Shown here piece after piece: positions 45,717 to 56,294 of a DNA stretch of 62,413 bases (position 1 is its first letter; the number at the start of each line of letters is the position of its first letter). The position numbers and the translations under genes were made by a program. Location: contig JBLNDL010000015.1 in assembly GCA_050261575.1 (NCBI GenBank), positions 1 through 62,413 of the forward strand, written 5' to 3'. This DNA is from Sphingomonadaceae bacterium. Lineage in GTDB: Bacteria > Chloroflexota > UBA6077. The notes under the pieces were generated by a model. It searched no databases and was not told where the DNA came from. It was given only the letters and a program-made list of their open reading frames with translations.

Positions 45717-46400
45717 TCAACGACGGCGGGCAGCCCGCCGGACGGCGCTTGCCCCACGACCGCGCTCGCTCCCAGCCTCGGCGTCCAAGGCCGCCTTACG
45801 TTGATGGAAGGTGTCGCGGTCGATCATCATATCGTAGTAGAGCACCTCCACGCCCAGCAGACTGCGCCGGAAGAACTGGATTACGTCGCGGTACTTGGGG
45901 TCGCTGAAGACGGGAGGGAAGACTGAGCTGGGGTGCTCGGTCCAATGCTGGCCCACGTAGCTGAAACCGCACTTCTCGTAGCTGCGCATCGCCCGCTGGT
46001 TGAAGGCCGCCACGTCCAGCCACATCTCGCGGAAACCCATGGAATCGAAGTAATAGTCGAGAAACGCCATCAGGGCATCGGTTCCGTAGCCCATCCCCAT
46101 CCTGGTGGGATTCAGGGCGATTCCCAGCACGCTGGTTCCAGCTTCGCTGTTGATGTTCCGAAGGGTGATCCACCCGATCATGTCGCCGCTGTAGTCGTCG
46201 ATGGCGAACATCCGGTAGTTGCCGTTGACGCTGCGATCCAGAAACCAGAGGTCGCGCTCGCGGGGCGACATGGGGCGAGGATCGTTGTGGCTGTAGAGGG
46301 GATCGGTGTGCCTCGGCCACTGCTGGCGCCGGTCCACGTCTTTCCTCTCGAACCATCGGACCACCGTCTTGCTTCCCCTGGCTACGATACCCTCAGCCAT
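45717..46400 (-). CDS. GNAT (RimL-like) N-acetyltransferase
   Basis: LGI.L......GYGT.A, LDVAAFN.RA.R.YEKCGF. Confidence 0.88.
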   Translation of the reverse strand: MAEGIVARGSKTVVRWFERKDVDRRQQWPRHTDPLYSHNDPRPMSPRERDLWFLDRSVNGNYRMFAIDDYSGDMIGWITLRNINSEAGTSVLGIALNPTRMGMGYGTDALMAFLDYYFDSMGFREMWLDVAAFNQRAMRSYEKCGFSYVGQHWTEHPSSVFPPVFSDPKYRDVIQFFRRSLLGVEVLYYDMMIDRDTFHQRKAALDAEAGSERGRGASAVRRAARRR

Positions 46401-46757
46401 GGCCCACATCCTTTGCTGGGCACGCGCCCCGTGCGACCTTGACTTGCAGTCTAAAGCCGCCTCCTGCCACTGTAAAGGGGCGCGCCGCGAAATCTGGCGC
46501 TCCACCCGAGCGGGGACGCCACACATACACACTGCAGGGAGGCGCCGCCCGACTGTCGCCTGCGATGCGGTCCCGCAAAGGCTGTGCCGAGTGAGAGGAA
46601 AACGGGTGGGGCAGCCGAGAGTGGAATCCAGCTTGCCCAGAAGGGTACCCGGGAAGTTGCACGGCCAGGTTGAGTGGTCTATCTTTTAGCGGGGTTTCCA
46701 GCTTTCCAGGGGGGCGCACGACCGTGCATCCCCGCTCTCGACAAGGAGGTGGGCGCC

Positions 46758-47729
46758 ATGAAGCGCATCGCAGTGTTGACCAGCGGCGGGGACGCCCCCG
46801 GCATGAACGCCGCCATCAGGGCCGTAACCAGGACGGGGCTCGACTCGGGAATGGAGGTGCTGGGAGTCCGGCGCGGTTTCGCGGGACTGGTAGACGGGGA
46901 TATGGTGCCCCTCTCCGCTCGCGACGTGGGGGGCATCATCCAGCGGGGGGGCACGGTCCTAGGCAGCGCCCGCAGCCCCCGGTTCCGGACCGAGGAGGGA
47001 CGAAGGCAGGCCCTCGTGCATCTGGCCGAGCGCGGGGTGGAGGGGCTGGTGGTCATCGGCGGCAACGGCTCGCAAGCCGGAGCCTACGCCCTACTCCAGA
47101 TGGGGTTTCCGGTGGTGGGGGTGGCCTCCACCATCGACAACGACCTGGTGGGCTCCGACATCACCATCGGGGTGGACACCGCCCTGAACGTGGCGCTGGA
47201 GGCCATCGACCGGCTGAAGAACACCGCCTCCTCCCACAACCGGGCCTTCGTGGTGGAGGTGATGGGTCGGGACTACGGCTACCTGGCGCTGATGGCCGGC
47301 ATCGCGGGCGGCGCGGAGGCGGTGATCATTCCTGAGGTGCCGACGACTCCCGACGCAGTGGCGGCGGAGCTTCGAGCCGCCTACGCTCGCGGCAAGCCCC
47401 ACGCCATCGTCGTCGTTGCCGAGGGGGCGAGTTGCAGCGCCGAGGTGCTGATGGAGCACTTCAAGAGCCACCGCGACCAGCTCGGCTTCGAGCTGCGGGC
47501 CACCATCCTCGGACACGTGCAGCGGGGTGGAAACCCACTGGCGTTCGATCGGCTGCTGGCATCGCGGCTGGGCACCCGCGCCGCGGAGTTGCTCTCCAGG
47601 AACGAGAGCGGCAGGCTGGTGGGGCTGATCGGCGGGGAGGTGACCACCACCCCACTGGAGGAGATAGCCGGACGAACCAAGCCCATCGACATGGAGATGT
47701 ACCGAATGGCCAACGTCCTGGCACGGTAA
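46758..47729 (+). CDS. pfkA: ATP-dependent 6-phosphofructokinase
   Basis: IAVLTSGGDAPGMNAAIR, GGT.LGSAR, TIDND, EVMGR, LGHVQRGG. Confidence 0.95.
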   Translation: MKRIAVLTSGGDAPGMNAAIRAVTRTGLDSGMEVLGVRRGFAGLVDGDMVPLSARDVGGIIQRGGTVLGSARSPRFRTEEGRRQALVHLAERGVEGLVVIGGNGSQAGAYALLQMGFPVVGVASTIDNDLVGSDITIGVDTALNVALEAIDRLKNTASSHNRAFVVEVMGRDYGYLALMAGIAGGAEAVIIPEVPTTPDAVAAELRAAYARGKPHAIVVVAEGASCSAEVLMEHFKSHRDQLGFELRATILGHVQRGGNPLAFDRLLASRLGTRAAELLSRNESGRLVGLIGGEVTTTPLEEIAGRTKPIDMEMYRMANVLAR

Positions 47730-47735
47730 CGAGCG

Positions 47736-49013
47736 ATGAGCGATGCGCAATCCCCTCTCCCTCTGGGCGGGGGTCAGGGTGCGGGCGCGACCCCCCCAAA
47801 GGAGGAGGCACGGCTCCTCGACGCGGGCGCGCGAGGGGAGACGGCGCAGGCCGAAAAGGGGCAGTCGGCCCGCCTGGTTCTCCTCGCCTGCTGTGCCACC
47901 CACCTGGTGACCGATGGGCTGAACTCGGCCATCTACCCCCTCCTGCCGTTGATCGCCCTGGATCTCCAGCTCAGCTACACCGCCGTCGGCTCCCTGCGAA
48001 CCGCGCTGATCGCCAGCACCAGCACCCTCCAGATCCCGGTGGGCTACCTGGCGGACTGGATACCGGAGGTCACGCTGCTGGGGGCTGGCATGCTGTGGAT
48101 GTCCGTGGGCTTCGCCGCCATGGCGCTGGCCACCGGGTTCTGGCATCTGCTGCTGATCGTCGTCGGCGCCGGAATAGGGGGCAACGTCCAGCACCCCATC
48201 GCCACCGCCATAGTCTCCAAGGTGTACGAGGGAAAGGGGCGGGGGACTGCCGTCAGCAGCCTCAACTTCGCCGGAGATGTGGGGAAGGCGATCCTGCCAA
48301 CGGTGGCCGGCCTCATCGCCATCGCATACGGCTGGCGAGGAGCGATGCTGGCGCTGGGGGTGCTCGGCACGGCCGCCTCTCTTGCCTACTTCCTGGTCGT
48401 GCGCAGGGCGAGTGCCGGAGCGGAACGACAGAAGAGCTCCCGAAACGGGGCGAAGGGCTGGGGGATCCAGAAACGCTGGGCCTTCTCCCTGCTCACCACT
48501 ATGGGGATCATCGACAACAGCACCCGGGTGGGAGTGCTCACCTTTCTCCCCTTCCTGATGACCGACAAGGGTCTGGATGCGGCGGGGGTTAGCTTCCTCC
48601 TGACCCTCCTGTTCGCCAGCGGCGCCGCCGGCAAACTGGGATGTGGCTTCCTCGCCGATCGCTTCGGCAACGTGGGCGTGATCGTCATCACGGAGGCGAT
48701 CACCGCCCTCGCCATCGTGACGGCGATCCCCGTCGGCCCGTTGATGCTGATCCCCGTGGTCTTCGCCCTCGGCTTCGTGGGCAACGGCACCTCCTCGGCC
48801 CTCTACTCGGCAGTGGCCGAGATGGTGCACGTGGAGAGGCGAGCTCGCGGCTACGGTCTCTTCTACACCCTGACCCTCGGGGTGGGCGTCCTCGCCCCCC
48901 TATTCTACGGGGCGCTGTCCGACGCCGCGGGCATCCCCGTTGCCTTCGTCGCAATGGCCCTCCTCACCCTGGCAACATTGCCGATGGCCGTGGCGATGGG
49001 CCGGCAACGCTGA
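47736..49013 (+). CDS. MFS transporter (Fsr-like)
   Basis: 12 hydrophobic segments, G.LAD and G.LADRFG loop motifs, H...D and HP motifs. Confidence 0.9.
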   Translation: MSDAQSPLPLGGGQGAGATPPKEEARLLDAGARGETAQAEKGQSARLVLLACCATHLVTDGLNSAIYPLLPLIALDLQLSYTAVGSLRTALIASTSTLQIPVGYLADWIPEVTLLGAGMLWMSVGFAAMALATGFWHLLLIVVGAGIGGNVQHPIATAIVSKVYEGKGRGTAVSSLNFAGDVGKAILPTVAGLIAIAYGWRGAMLALGVLGTAASLAYFLVVRRASAGAERQKSSRNGAKGWGIQKRWAFSLLTTMGIIDNSTRVGVLTFLPFLMTDKGLDAAGVSFLLTLLFASGAAGKLGCGFLADRFGNVGVIVITEAITALAIVTAIPVGPLMLIPVVFALGFVGNGTSSALYSAVAEMVHVERRARGYGLFYTLTLGVGVLAPLFYGALSDAAGIPVAFVAMALLTLATLPMAVAMGRQR

Positions 49014-49121
49014 TCTTGTTGCCTACCCCACTCCACGGGAATACAATCTGCTCACGGAGAAACCTGGGAGTTGCGGTGAGGCCCGCATGGTTCTTGCCTC
49101 ACCTGCATTGGAGGATCGGAG

Positions 49122-50231
49122 ATGATCATCGGGGTGCCCAGGGAGATCAAGGACAACGAGTACCGTGTAGCCGCTACCCCAGGTGGGGTGGAGCTGCTGA
49201 CCGGCACGGGGCACAAGGTGCTGGTGGAGGCCGGTGCCGGCGTGGGCAGCGGCTTCACCGACGAGGAGTACGTGCGCGCCGGGGCGGTCCTCGTGGAGCA
49301 CGAGGACGCGTTCCGCGAGGCAGATCTTGTGCTGAAGGTCAAGGAGCCGCTCCCCTCCGAGTACGGCCTGCTGCGGGAGGGCTTGGTCCTGTTCACCTAC
49401 CTTCACCTTGCCGCGGAGCCGGCGCTCACGAAGGCGATGGTGGAGCGCCAGGTCACCGGCATCGCCTACGAGACGGTGGAGATGCCCGACCGGACACTCC
49501 CTCTCCTGATCCCCATGAGCGAGGTGGCCGGCCGCATGTCGATCCAGGTGGCCGCCCACTACCTGGAGGAGCCCCACGGCGGGCGCGGCAAGCTGCTGGG
49601 CGGGGTTCCGGGGGTCCGTCCCTCCGACGTCGTGATCGTCGGCGCGGGCACCGTGGGCACCAACGCGGCCAAGATCGCCCTGGGCATGGGGGCACACGTC
49701 ACCCTGATCGACAGGGACCTTTTCCGGCTGCGCTACCTGGACGAGGTGCTCCACGGCAACCTGACGACCCTCAGCTCCAACCCCAGAAACATCGCCGACG
49801 CCGTGTCCACCTCCGACGTCGTGATCGGCTCCGTCCTGATCCCCGGGGCGAAGGCACCAAAGCTTGTGACCAAGGAGATGGTCGCAAGCATGAAGCCGGG
49901 CAGCGTGGTGATCGACGTGGCGGTGGACCAGGGTGGCTGCATCGAGACCTCCCGAGTCACCAGCCACACCAACCCCACCTACCAGGTGAACGGGGTGGTC
50001 CACTACGCCGTGCCCAACATGCCCGGCGCCGTCCCCAGAACCTCCACCTACGCCCTCTCCAACGCCACCCTGCCCTACGTGGTGCGGCTGGCGAAGCTGG
50101 GCTTCAAGGAGGCGGTGCGCCAGATGCCCGAGCTGGCCAAGGGGGTCAACACATATCGGGGCAAGATCACCCACCAGGCCGTCGCCGACGCCTTCGGCTA
50201 CGAGTACGTGCCGTTCGCGAAGCTGTTGTAG
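49122..50231 (+). CDS. ald: Alanine dehydrogenase
   Basis: IGVPREIK.NE.RVA.TP, KVKEP, FTYLHLA, PMSEVAGR, DVAVDQGGC.ET, YAVPNMPGAVPRTST. Confidence 0.97.
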   Translation: MIIGVPREIKDNEYRVAATPGGVELLTGTGHKVLVEAGAGVGSGFTDEEYVRAGAVLVEHEDAFREADLVLKVKEPLPSEYGLLREGLVLFTYLHLAAEPALTKAMVERQVTGIAYETVEMPDRTLPLLIPMSEVAGRMSIQVAAHYLEEPHGGRGKLLGGVPGVRPSDVVIVGAGTVGTNAAKIALGMGAHVTLIDRDLFRLRYLDEVLHGNLTTLSSNPRNIADAVSTSDVVIGSVLIPGAKAPKLVTKEMVASMKPGSVVIDVAVDQGGCIETSRVTSHTNPTYQVNGVVHYAVPNMPGAVPRTSTYALSNATLPYVVRLAKLGFKEAVRQMPELAKGVNTYRGKITHQAVADAFGYEYVPFAKLL

Positions 50232-50359
50232 TCGGACGAAGTGGGGCGGGGGCTTGTCCCCCGCCGCCTCCGGGCAATGCATGGCGGCGGCGGGGGATAC
50301 GTGACGCGAGCGAGCACAGCCCCGCGGTTACGCCTGTCCTGCCTCAGGAACGACGGCCA

Positions 50360-50431
50360 TAAGCAGGTATCCCCAGTTCATGTCGACCTCTCTGGCGTGA
50401 GACGCGTTCTCTACCAGAGATACCTGCCTAG
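50360..50431 (+). mobile_element. ~72-bp MITE-like element, copy 3
   Basis: TAAGCAGGTATCCCC...AGAGATACCTGCCTAG; terminal CTA is the trpB2 stop codon. Confidence 0.75.
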
Positions 50432-51795
50432 CCTACCTTCGGCAGGTCCGCCAGGGCCTCCCGGACCTTGGCCTCGGGATACTCGTAGTCCACCAGTTTG
50501 CCGGCGAAGTATGCGTCGTAGGCGGCCATGTCGAAGTTGCCGTGGCCGCTCAGGTTGAAGAGTATCGTCTTGGCCTCCCCCGACTCCTTGCACTGAAGCG
50601 CCACGTCGATGGCGGCCTTGACGGCGTGGGCCGACTCCGGCGCCACCACGATCCCCTCCAGCCGCGCGAACTGCACGGCGGCCGCGAAGACCGCGGTCTG
50701 CGGTAGCGCCACGGCGTCTATCAGCCCCTGATCCAAGGCGGCACTCACAAGTGGGGCCATCCCGTGGTAGCGAAGGCCACCAGCGTGGATCCCCTCGGGC
50801 ACGAAGGCGTGGCCGAGGGTGTACATCTTGGCCACGGGAGCTATCTTGGCCGTATCGCCGAAGTCGTAGGCGTAGACCCCCTTGGTAAGGCTTGGGCATG
50901 CCGCTGGCTCGACAGCAATGAACTGCACCTTCCTTCCGGCCAGCTTGTCCGGCATGAAGGGGAAGGCGATGCCGCCGAAGTTGCTGCCGCCCCCGACGCA
51001 CCCGATCACCACGTCCGGGTAGGCGTCCACCTTCTCGAGCTGCTTCTTGGCCTCCTGACCGATCACCGTCTGGTGCAGCAGGACGTGGTTCAGGACGCTG
51101 CCCAGGGAGTAGTGGGTGTCCTCTCGCATCACGGCATCCTCCACCGCCTCGCTGATGGCGATCCCGAGGCTGCCGGTCGACTCCGGATCCAGCTCCAAGA
51201 TCGCACGACCGGCTGCGGTATCTCGGCTGGGGCTGGGCACCACGGTGGCACCGAAGGTCTCGATGAGGGACCGGCGGTAGGGCTTCTGGTAGAAGCTCAC
51301 CTTCACCATGTAGACCTTGCACTCCAGCCCGAAGAAGGAACAGGCCATCGCCAGGGCACTACCCCACTGGCCTGCCCCCGTCTCGGTGGAGAGCCGCTTG
51401 ATCCCCTCCAGCTTGTTGTAATACGCCTGGGGCACCGAGGTGTTCAGCTTGTGGCTGCCGGCGGGGCTCGCACCCTCGTACTTGAAGTAGATCCTGGCGG
51501 GGGTGTCCAGCGCCCTCTCCAGATTCCGCGCACGGAACAGGGGAGATGGCCTCCAGAGGCGGTAGACCTCCTGCACCTCCTCGGGTATCTCGACGTATCG
51601 CTCCAGCGAAACCTCCTGCTGGATCAAGGCCATCGGGAAGAGCGGCGCCAGATCCTGGGGCCCCAAGGGCTTTCCCGTGGCAGGGTGGAGTGGCGGGTCC
51701 AGCGGCTTCGGCAGGTCGGCCGCCAGGTTGTACCAAGAAGTGGGCATCTCGCTCTCTTCCAGAAGGATCTTGGTGGCTCGTTGTGCTGCGTTCAT
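50428..51795 (-). CDS. trpB: Tryptophan synthase beta chain, TrpB2 type (stand-alone)
   Basis: [59 protein letters not shown]. Confidence 0.95.
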   Translation of the reverse strand: MNAAQRATKILLEESEMPTSWYNLAADLPKPLDPPLHPATGKPLGPQDLAPLFPMALIQQEVSLERYVEIPEEVQEVYRLWRPSPLFRARNLERALDTPARIYFKYEGASPAGSHKLNTSVPQAYYNKLEGIKRLSTETGAGQWGSALAMACSFFGLECKVYMVKVSFYQKPYRRSLIETFGATVVPSPSRDTAAGRAILELDPESTGSLGIAISEAVEDAVMREDTHYSLGSVLNHVLLHQTVIGQEAKKQLEKVDAYPDVVIGCVGGGSNFGGIAFPFMPDKLAGRKVQFIAVEPAACPSLTKGVYAYDFGDTAKIAPVAKMYTLGHAFVPEGIHAGGLRYHGMAPLVSAALDQGLIDAVALPQTAVFAAAVQFARLEGIVVAPESAHAVKAAIDVALQCKESGEAKTILFNLSGHGNFDMAAYDAYFAGKLVDYEYPEAKVREALADLPKVG

Positions 51796-52043
51796 CTCTA
51801 TCTCCAATCCGGTTCTGGGTTCTCAGTCCTGTGTCCCGGGTGCTGTGTCCTGACTGCTGACAGGTGATGGCTGCCGGCCGTCAGCCGGCACCTGCTTCGG
51901 GGCGACGGGCGGTCGCCCCCAGCGCCACGAGCCGGGCGACGCTGGCAACGACACCCGCCTAGGCTCGCCGTCACGGCTCCCCGCTGAAGTCGCCATCGTC
52001 ACCCTGGCCATCCTTCCCCACTTCCATATTCCCGATTTGGCCC

Positions 52044-52341
52044 AAACAAGAAGCCTCTCGTCCCTAGGGACGAGAGGCTCAGCCTTCGTGGTGCCACCCT
52101 GGTTGCCGGAAGACCGCTCCAACGAGAGGGAATCCCAGCATCTCTTCACGAGTACGGGAAACCGTAGGGTTTCCGATACCCGGCGCCCTGATAACGGGGG
52201 CCAATCCGGCGCGACCTACTCGGGGAGCACCCTTTGGGCCTGCGACTCCCGGGTCCATTCGTCGACGCGCCCGGTGCCGGCTCTCACCTACCCCGGCTCT
52301 CTGACCCTAAACGCAGCCGCTTACTAGTCCCGTTCACCGTC
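52044..52341 (-). promoter_or_regulatory. Trp T-box riboswitch (specifier UGG)
   Basis: Minus strand: AGTA, AGAGA, GGTGAGA, GAA-TGG specifier (52255-52260), CCGTTA, AGGGTGGCACCACG (52087-52100), terminator AGCCTCTCGTCCC/GGGACGAGAGGCT + TCTTGTTT. Confidence 0.93.
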
Positions 52342-52363
52342 TTTAGCGTGGTGGATTTCCCCC

Positions 52364-52392
52364 AGTATACAGATCTCCACCGGGGAAATCAA
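52364..52392 (-). promoter_or_regulatory. Sigma70-type promoter of the Trp T-box transcript
   Basis: TTGATT-17 nt-TATACT on the minus strand. Confidence 0.7.
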
Positions 52393-52400
52393 GCAAACAG

Positions 52401-52919
52401 CTACTGCCCCGCCTTCTCCCGCGCCAGCCCCTGGGGGCTGTGGTGCGTCTCGCCTCCGGTCACGGAGCTCTGGTCCGCGGTGCGCACGTGGATCCGCTTC
52501 GGGATCACCGCTTCTGCCTTTCTCAGGTTGACCGTGAGCACGCCGTTATCCAGCGTGGCGATGATGTGATCGGCATCCACCGGGAATGGCAGCTCGATGG
52601 TGCGACCGTAGGGGCCGTAGTCCCACTCCTTCACCAGGTAGTCCCGGTCCTCCTGGCCAGGGGTGCGCCGTCCCCGCAGGGTCAGGATGTTGCCGGCGAC
52701 GGTCAGCTCGACGTCGTTCGCCTGCAGCCCCGGCATCGGGGCGATCACCATCAGCCCCTCCGGCAACTCGAACATGTTCACCGGCACCCACTGCTCCTCG
52801 CCCAGGCCGCCCAACCGGCCAGGAAAGAGCGAGCGACCGAATAACCCCTCTCCAAACAGTCGCTCGATGGCATCGCGCACCGTCAGCATCCGCAGGGGAT
52901 CCGCCCGTCTCATGCTCAT
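52401..52919 (-). CDS. Hsp20/alpha-crystallin small heat shock protein
   Basis: PVNMFE, MPG, L.LRG.R, E..YG.Y.R.IELP..VD, A.LDNGVL.V.L.K. Confidence 0.9.
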   Translation of the reverse strand: MSMRRADPLRMLTVRDAIERLFGEGLFGRSLFPGRLGGLGEEQWVPVNMFELPEGLMVIAPMPGLQANDVELTVAGNILTLRGRRTPGQEDRDYLVKEWDYGPYGRTIELPFPVDADHIIATLDNGVLTVNLRKAEAVIPKRIHVRTADQSSVTGGETHHSPQGLAREKAGQ

Positions 52920-53062
52920 CCTGTTGGTTCCTCCCTCGTATGCGGGTTACGTAAGGGGAGAGACAGCAAGCATTATCCGGGCCATCTGCGCATCGGGGCT
53001 GTTGCACCGGAGGCATAGGTATTGCCGGGAAAGGGGTCAGCCAAGGAAAGGAGCAACCGGCA

Positions 53063-53284
53063 GTGGCCTTTAAGACTTGCCCTACCGGCTGGAAGCCGGC
53101 GGCGAGGATGGTGAAGCACTTCGTCGTTGGCGCGCACCGGCTCGCCATCACCAGCGAGTCGCTGGCCGAGCTGTTGGGGCTCAGCGATGCCGAGTGCCAA
53201 GCCGCCCTCGAGGCACTCGCCGCCAGGGGCGCGCTGAAGAAGGTCGAGCGGGATTCCGACTCCCCGCTATACTGCAAGGGCTGA
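53063..53284 (+). CDS. Small hypothetical protein, winged-helix-like
   Basis: AGGAG RBS; T.ESLAELLGLS..EC.AALE.LAARG.L..V pattern. Confidence 0.5.
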   Translation: MAFKTCPTGWKPAARMVKHFVVGAHRLAITSESLAELLGLSDAECQAALEALAARGALKKVERDSDSPLYCKG

Positions 53285-54469
53285 GCGCACCAGCCGAAAC
53301 GCCTCTTCCAGGGCCGCGCCGACCTTCTCCCCGTCCGGGATGCCCCCCTGGGCAAGGTTCGGCCGCCCGCCCCCCCGCCCACCGAAGGGGCCGCACGCCT
53401 GGCGCAGGAGCACACCTGCGTCCAGCGAAAGCTCCTCCGACCGGGCGAAGACCAGGTGAGGCTTCTCCCCGGCCGTGGCCAGCAGCGCTACCCGCCCTGC
53501 GTCCACGGTGATGCGGCCGGCGAGATGCTTCAACTCCTCCGGGCTGCTGCCGGGCAGGATAGCCAACACCACCGAGGCCGCGCCCACCGGCCTGGCCTCC
53601 CGCAGCAGCTCCTCCGCCCGGTAGTCCAGCAAGCGGTCCCTCAGCAGCCCCGCCTGGTGCCGGACCTCCCCGTTCTCCCGCACCAGCCGCTCCACGGCAT
53701 CCCGCACCTCCCGGTCCCGCACGCTGAGAGCGGCCGCGAGGCCGACAACGGTCCGGTTCTTCGCCTGGTAGTCCCGTAACGCCCGACCGCCGCAGAGGAG
53801 CTCCACCCGGGTGTTGCCGCCGCGCCGTTCCCATTTGACCACCTTCACCAGCCCCACCTCCGCAGTGGAGCGGCAATGGGTGCCGCCGCAGGGAATGGCT
53901 TCGAAGTCCGGTATCTCCACTATCCGAACCTGCTCGGTCCGATCGGTTCCCTTTCGCAGGTCGAAGCGGGCCAGATCGGAAGGGTCCACTATGTGCACCA
54001 GAATGGGGCGGTTCTCGAAGACCACCTGGTTCGCCAGCAGCTCGACCGACTCCACCTGCTCCCAGGACGGAGAAGGGGCCGCCAGATCGATGGTGGATGT
54101 CTCCGGCCCCACGTGGAAGGAGACGGTCCGGGCAGCGAGCAGCCGCTCGAACGCCTGGGAGAGGAGGTGCTGGCCGGAGTGCTGCTGCATGTGATCGAAC
54201 CGCCGCGCCCAATCCAGCCGGCCCACCACCTCCCCGCCGTGCAGTTCCCCCTCGATCCTGTGTACCACCTTCCCCTCGCGCTCCACCACGTCGACGACTC
54301 GCGCGCCGGCCAGCTCGCCCAGGTCGGCGGGCTGCCCGCCCCCCTCCGGATAGAAGGCGGTGCGATCCAGGATCACCTCCTGGTGGCCCTCGACCGATCG
54401 GGTCTCCAGGACCCGCGCAGTGAACTCCGTGAGGTAGCTGTCGAGGTAGTAGAGACGATCGGCGGACAT
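53267..54469 (-). CDS. AlaX alanyl-tRNA editing protein with DHHA1 domain
   Basis: LYY.DSY, T.FYPEGGGQP.D.G, MQQHSGQHLLS, CGGTH, GGRGGG.P..AQG. Confidence 0.92.
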   Translation of the reverse strand: MSADRLYYLDSYLTEFTARVLETRSVEGHQEVILDRTAFYPEGGGQPADLGELAGARVVDVVEREGKVVHRIEGELHGGEVVGRLDWARRFDHMQQHSGQHLLSQAFERLLAARTVSFHVGPETSTIDLAAPSPSWEQVESVELLANQVVFENRPILVHIVDPSDLARFDLRKGTDRTEQVRIVEIPDFEAIPCGGTHCRSTAEVGLVKVVKWERRGGNTRVELLCGGRALRDYQAKNRTVVGLAAALSVRDREVRDAVERLVRENGEVRHQAGLLRDRLLDYRAEELLREARPVGAASVVLAILPGSSPEELKHLAGRITVDAGRVALLATAGEKPHLVFARSEELSLDAGVLLRQACGPFGGRGGGRPNLAQGGIPDGEKVGAALEEAFRLVRSALAV

Positions 54470-54516
54470 AGGCACCTCGGTGACAGGTGATGAGTAATGG
54501 GTGATGAGTGAACCGT

Positions 54517-55530
54517 TTATCCGTCACTCGTTGCTGGTCTTGGCTCGGCGGCGCGGCCGTCGCGTCGTTGGAGGCGCCGGTGCCAGGCCAGCAAGCTGAC
54601 TATCTCCATGATTACGTTGGCCGCTAGCATACTGGTGATCTCCGACTGATCGTAGACGGGAGCCACCTCCACCAGATCGGCGGCCACCAAGGGCAGGGTC
54701 TTCAGCCCCCGAACGAGGGCGAGCACCTCCCGGCTGCTGGGTCCACCCACCTCGGGGGTTCCGGTGCCGGGAGCGAAGGCTGGGTCGACGAAGTCGATAT
54801 CGAAGGTCAGGTAGACCTTCTCACCGACGAGGTCCAGCACCTGGGCTGCCACGTCTTGGCACCCTCGCTGGAACAGCTCCTCGCTCGTCACGATTGTAAG
54901 CCCCAACCCCCGTGTACGGTCAAGATCGTCCGGGAAGGGCTGGGTGCCCCTGATGCCGATCTGGATCGACCTGTGTGGATCGATCAACCCTTCCTCGATG
55001 GCCCTCTTGATGGCCGTGGAGTGGCTGTACTCCTTGCCGAACACCTTCTCCCAGGTGTCGACGTGGGAGTCGAACTGCACCAGCGAGACCGGGCCGTGCT
55101 TCCTGGCACAGGCCCGCAGGAGTGGGAGGATCACCGAGTGGTCGCCCCCCAGAGCCATGGGGAAGACGTCCTGGAGGTAGAACAGCTCCACATCCCTCTC
55201 CACCAGGGCGTAGGTATCGCCGATGTCGCTGGGAACCACCTCCAGATCGCCGTAGTCGATCACGGAGAGATCGTCGAAGGGCCGGACATCCTGGGCATAG
55301 TTGTATGTCCGCAGCAGCCGCGACGCCTCGCGTATACCCTGAGGGCCGAAGCGAGCGCCCGGGCGGAAGCTGGTGCCGCCATCGAAGGGCACGCCGAAGA
55401 TGGCCACGTCGACCCCCTCCAGCGACTGGGTGTGGGGCAGCCGCGCGAAGGTGGGAAACCCGGCGAAGCGGGGAACGGTGTGGCCGTGGGGCCTCTTGCG
55501 AGACTCTTGCTCGAAGCCAACGTCAGCCAT
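54517..55530 (-). CDS. speB: Agmatinase / ureohydrolase
   Basis: GVPFD.G.S.RPGARFGP, GGDHS, DSHVDT, DIDFVDPAFAPGTGTPE.GG, VEVAP.YD. Confidence 0.9.
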   Translation of the reverse strand: MADVGFEQESRKRPHGHTVPRFAGFPTFARLPHTQSLEGVDVAIFGVPFDGGTSFRPGARFGPQGIREASRLLRTYNYAQDVRPFDDLSVIDYGDLEVVPSDIGDTYALVERDVELFYLQDVFPMALGGDHSVILPLLRACARKHGPVSLVQFDSHVDTWEKVFGKEYSHSTAIKRAIEEGLIDPHRSIQIGIRGTQPFPDDLDRTRGLGLTIVTSEELFQRGCQDVAAQVLDLVGEKVYLTFDIDFVDPAFAPGTGTPEVGGPSSREVLALVRGLKTLPLVAADLVEVAPVYDQSEITSMLAANVIMEIVSLLAWHRRLQRRDGRAAEPRPATSDG

Positions 55531-55726
55531 GAGACGCTACCTTTCCAGCACGACACCGAGGGTGAAGGGGCCAGTCCCGAGGCCGGCCACGATTAGCTTA
55601 ACCAGTTAGATGCAGTTTGAGTGCCGCACTATGAGGGTCGGGGGATGGTTCGGTGAGCGGGCAACGGTAGAGGCAGCGAGGATAGGGGTGGTCTCAGGGC
55701 GCCAGTCTATCGGGAACGGCAGCTAG

Positions 55727-56125
55727 TCAGGCACAATTGCGCTCGCCGCCTTCTCGGTCATCGGCCTTGGCGGAGTCCTCAGCCCCACCGCCCATCAACT
55801 CCGCAGCCATCTGCGCCCCCAGAAGGAGCTCCAACAGGAAGCGCAGGCTGTCGACGAGACCCTGAAGGGCTAGCGTTGCCTCACGGGAGCAGCCCTGGCC
55901 GCCGGTCCCAGGGTGGTTGGCGTAGAGACGGGAAAGGTCGAGCCTGCGGCCCCTCAGCTCAACCTCTGCCAAGAGTGGCCACCGAGCGCGAGCGTCCTCC
56001 AGGGACCGCGAAAGGATAGCCTGGGCCCCCGAGCCGCCCAGCAACTCTTCCAGGCTCCCTGCCATGGCGGAGAACCAGCTTTCGGCCAATCGGGCATCCG
56101 CGGTTCCGAAGGGGAGGTTCGACAT
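55727..56125 (-). CDS. Hypothetical protein
   Basis: AGGAGG RBS; helical 132-aa ORF with L..LLG repeats. Confidence 0.55.
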   Translation of the reverse strand: MSNLPFGTADARLAESWFSAMAGSLEELLGGSGAQAILSRSLEDARARWPLLAEVELRGRRLDLSRLYANHPGTGGQGCSREATLALQGLVDSLRFLLELLLGAQMAAELMGGGAEDSAKADDREGGERNCA

Positions 56126-56294
56126 GGCAGATCCTCCTTGCGCTGGGTGTGATCCGACACCTATCCCGCCTGAGAGGATGCCTCAATGATGAAGCTGTTG
56201 CACGATGCGCGCAATACCCGTTTCTCGCCCTTTGGGAGACAGTGCCAGTACACACGTGCATAGCTCACCAACTGCTCGCGCGCCCTCCGGTACT

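Noticed and set aside
49122..54469. Alanine-themed system (ald, AlaX, tRNA-Ala)
   Set aside because: The genes are in separate transcription units with no shared motif seen.
55531..55726. Guanidine riboswitch upstream of agmatinase
   Set aside because: No ykkC or ACGR twin-hairpin consensus; only a short TAACCAGTTA palindrome that might be an operator.
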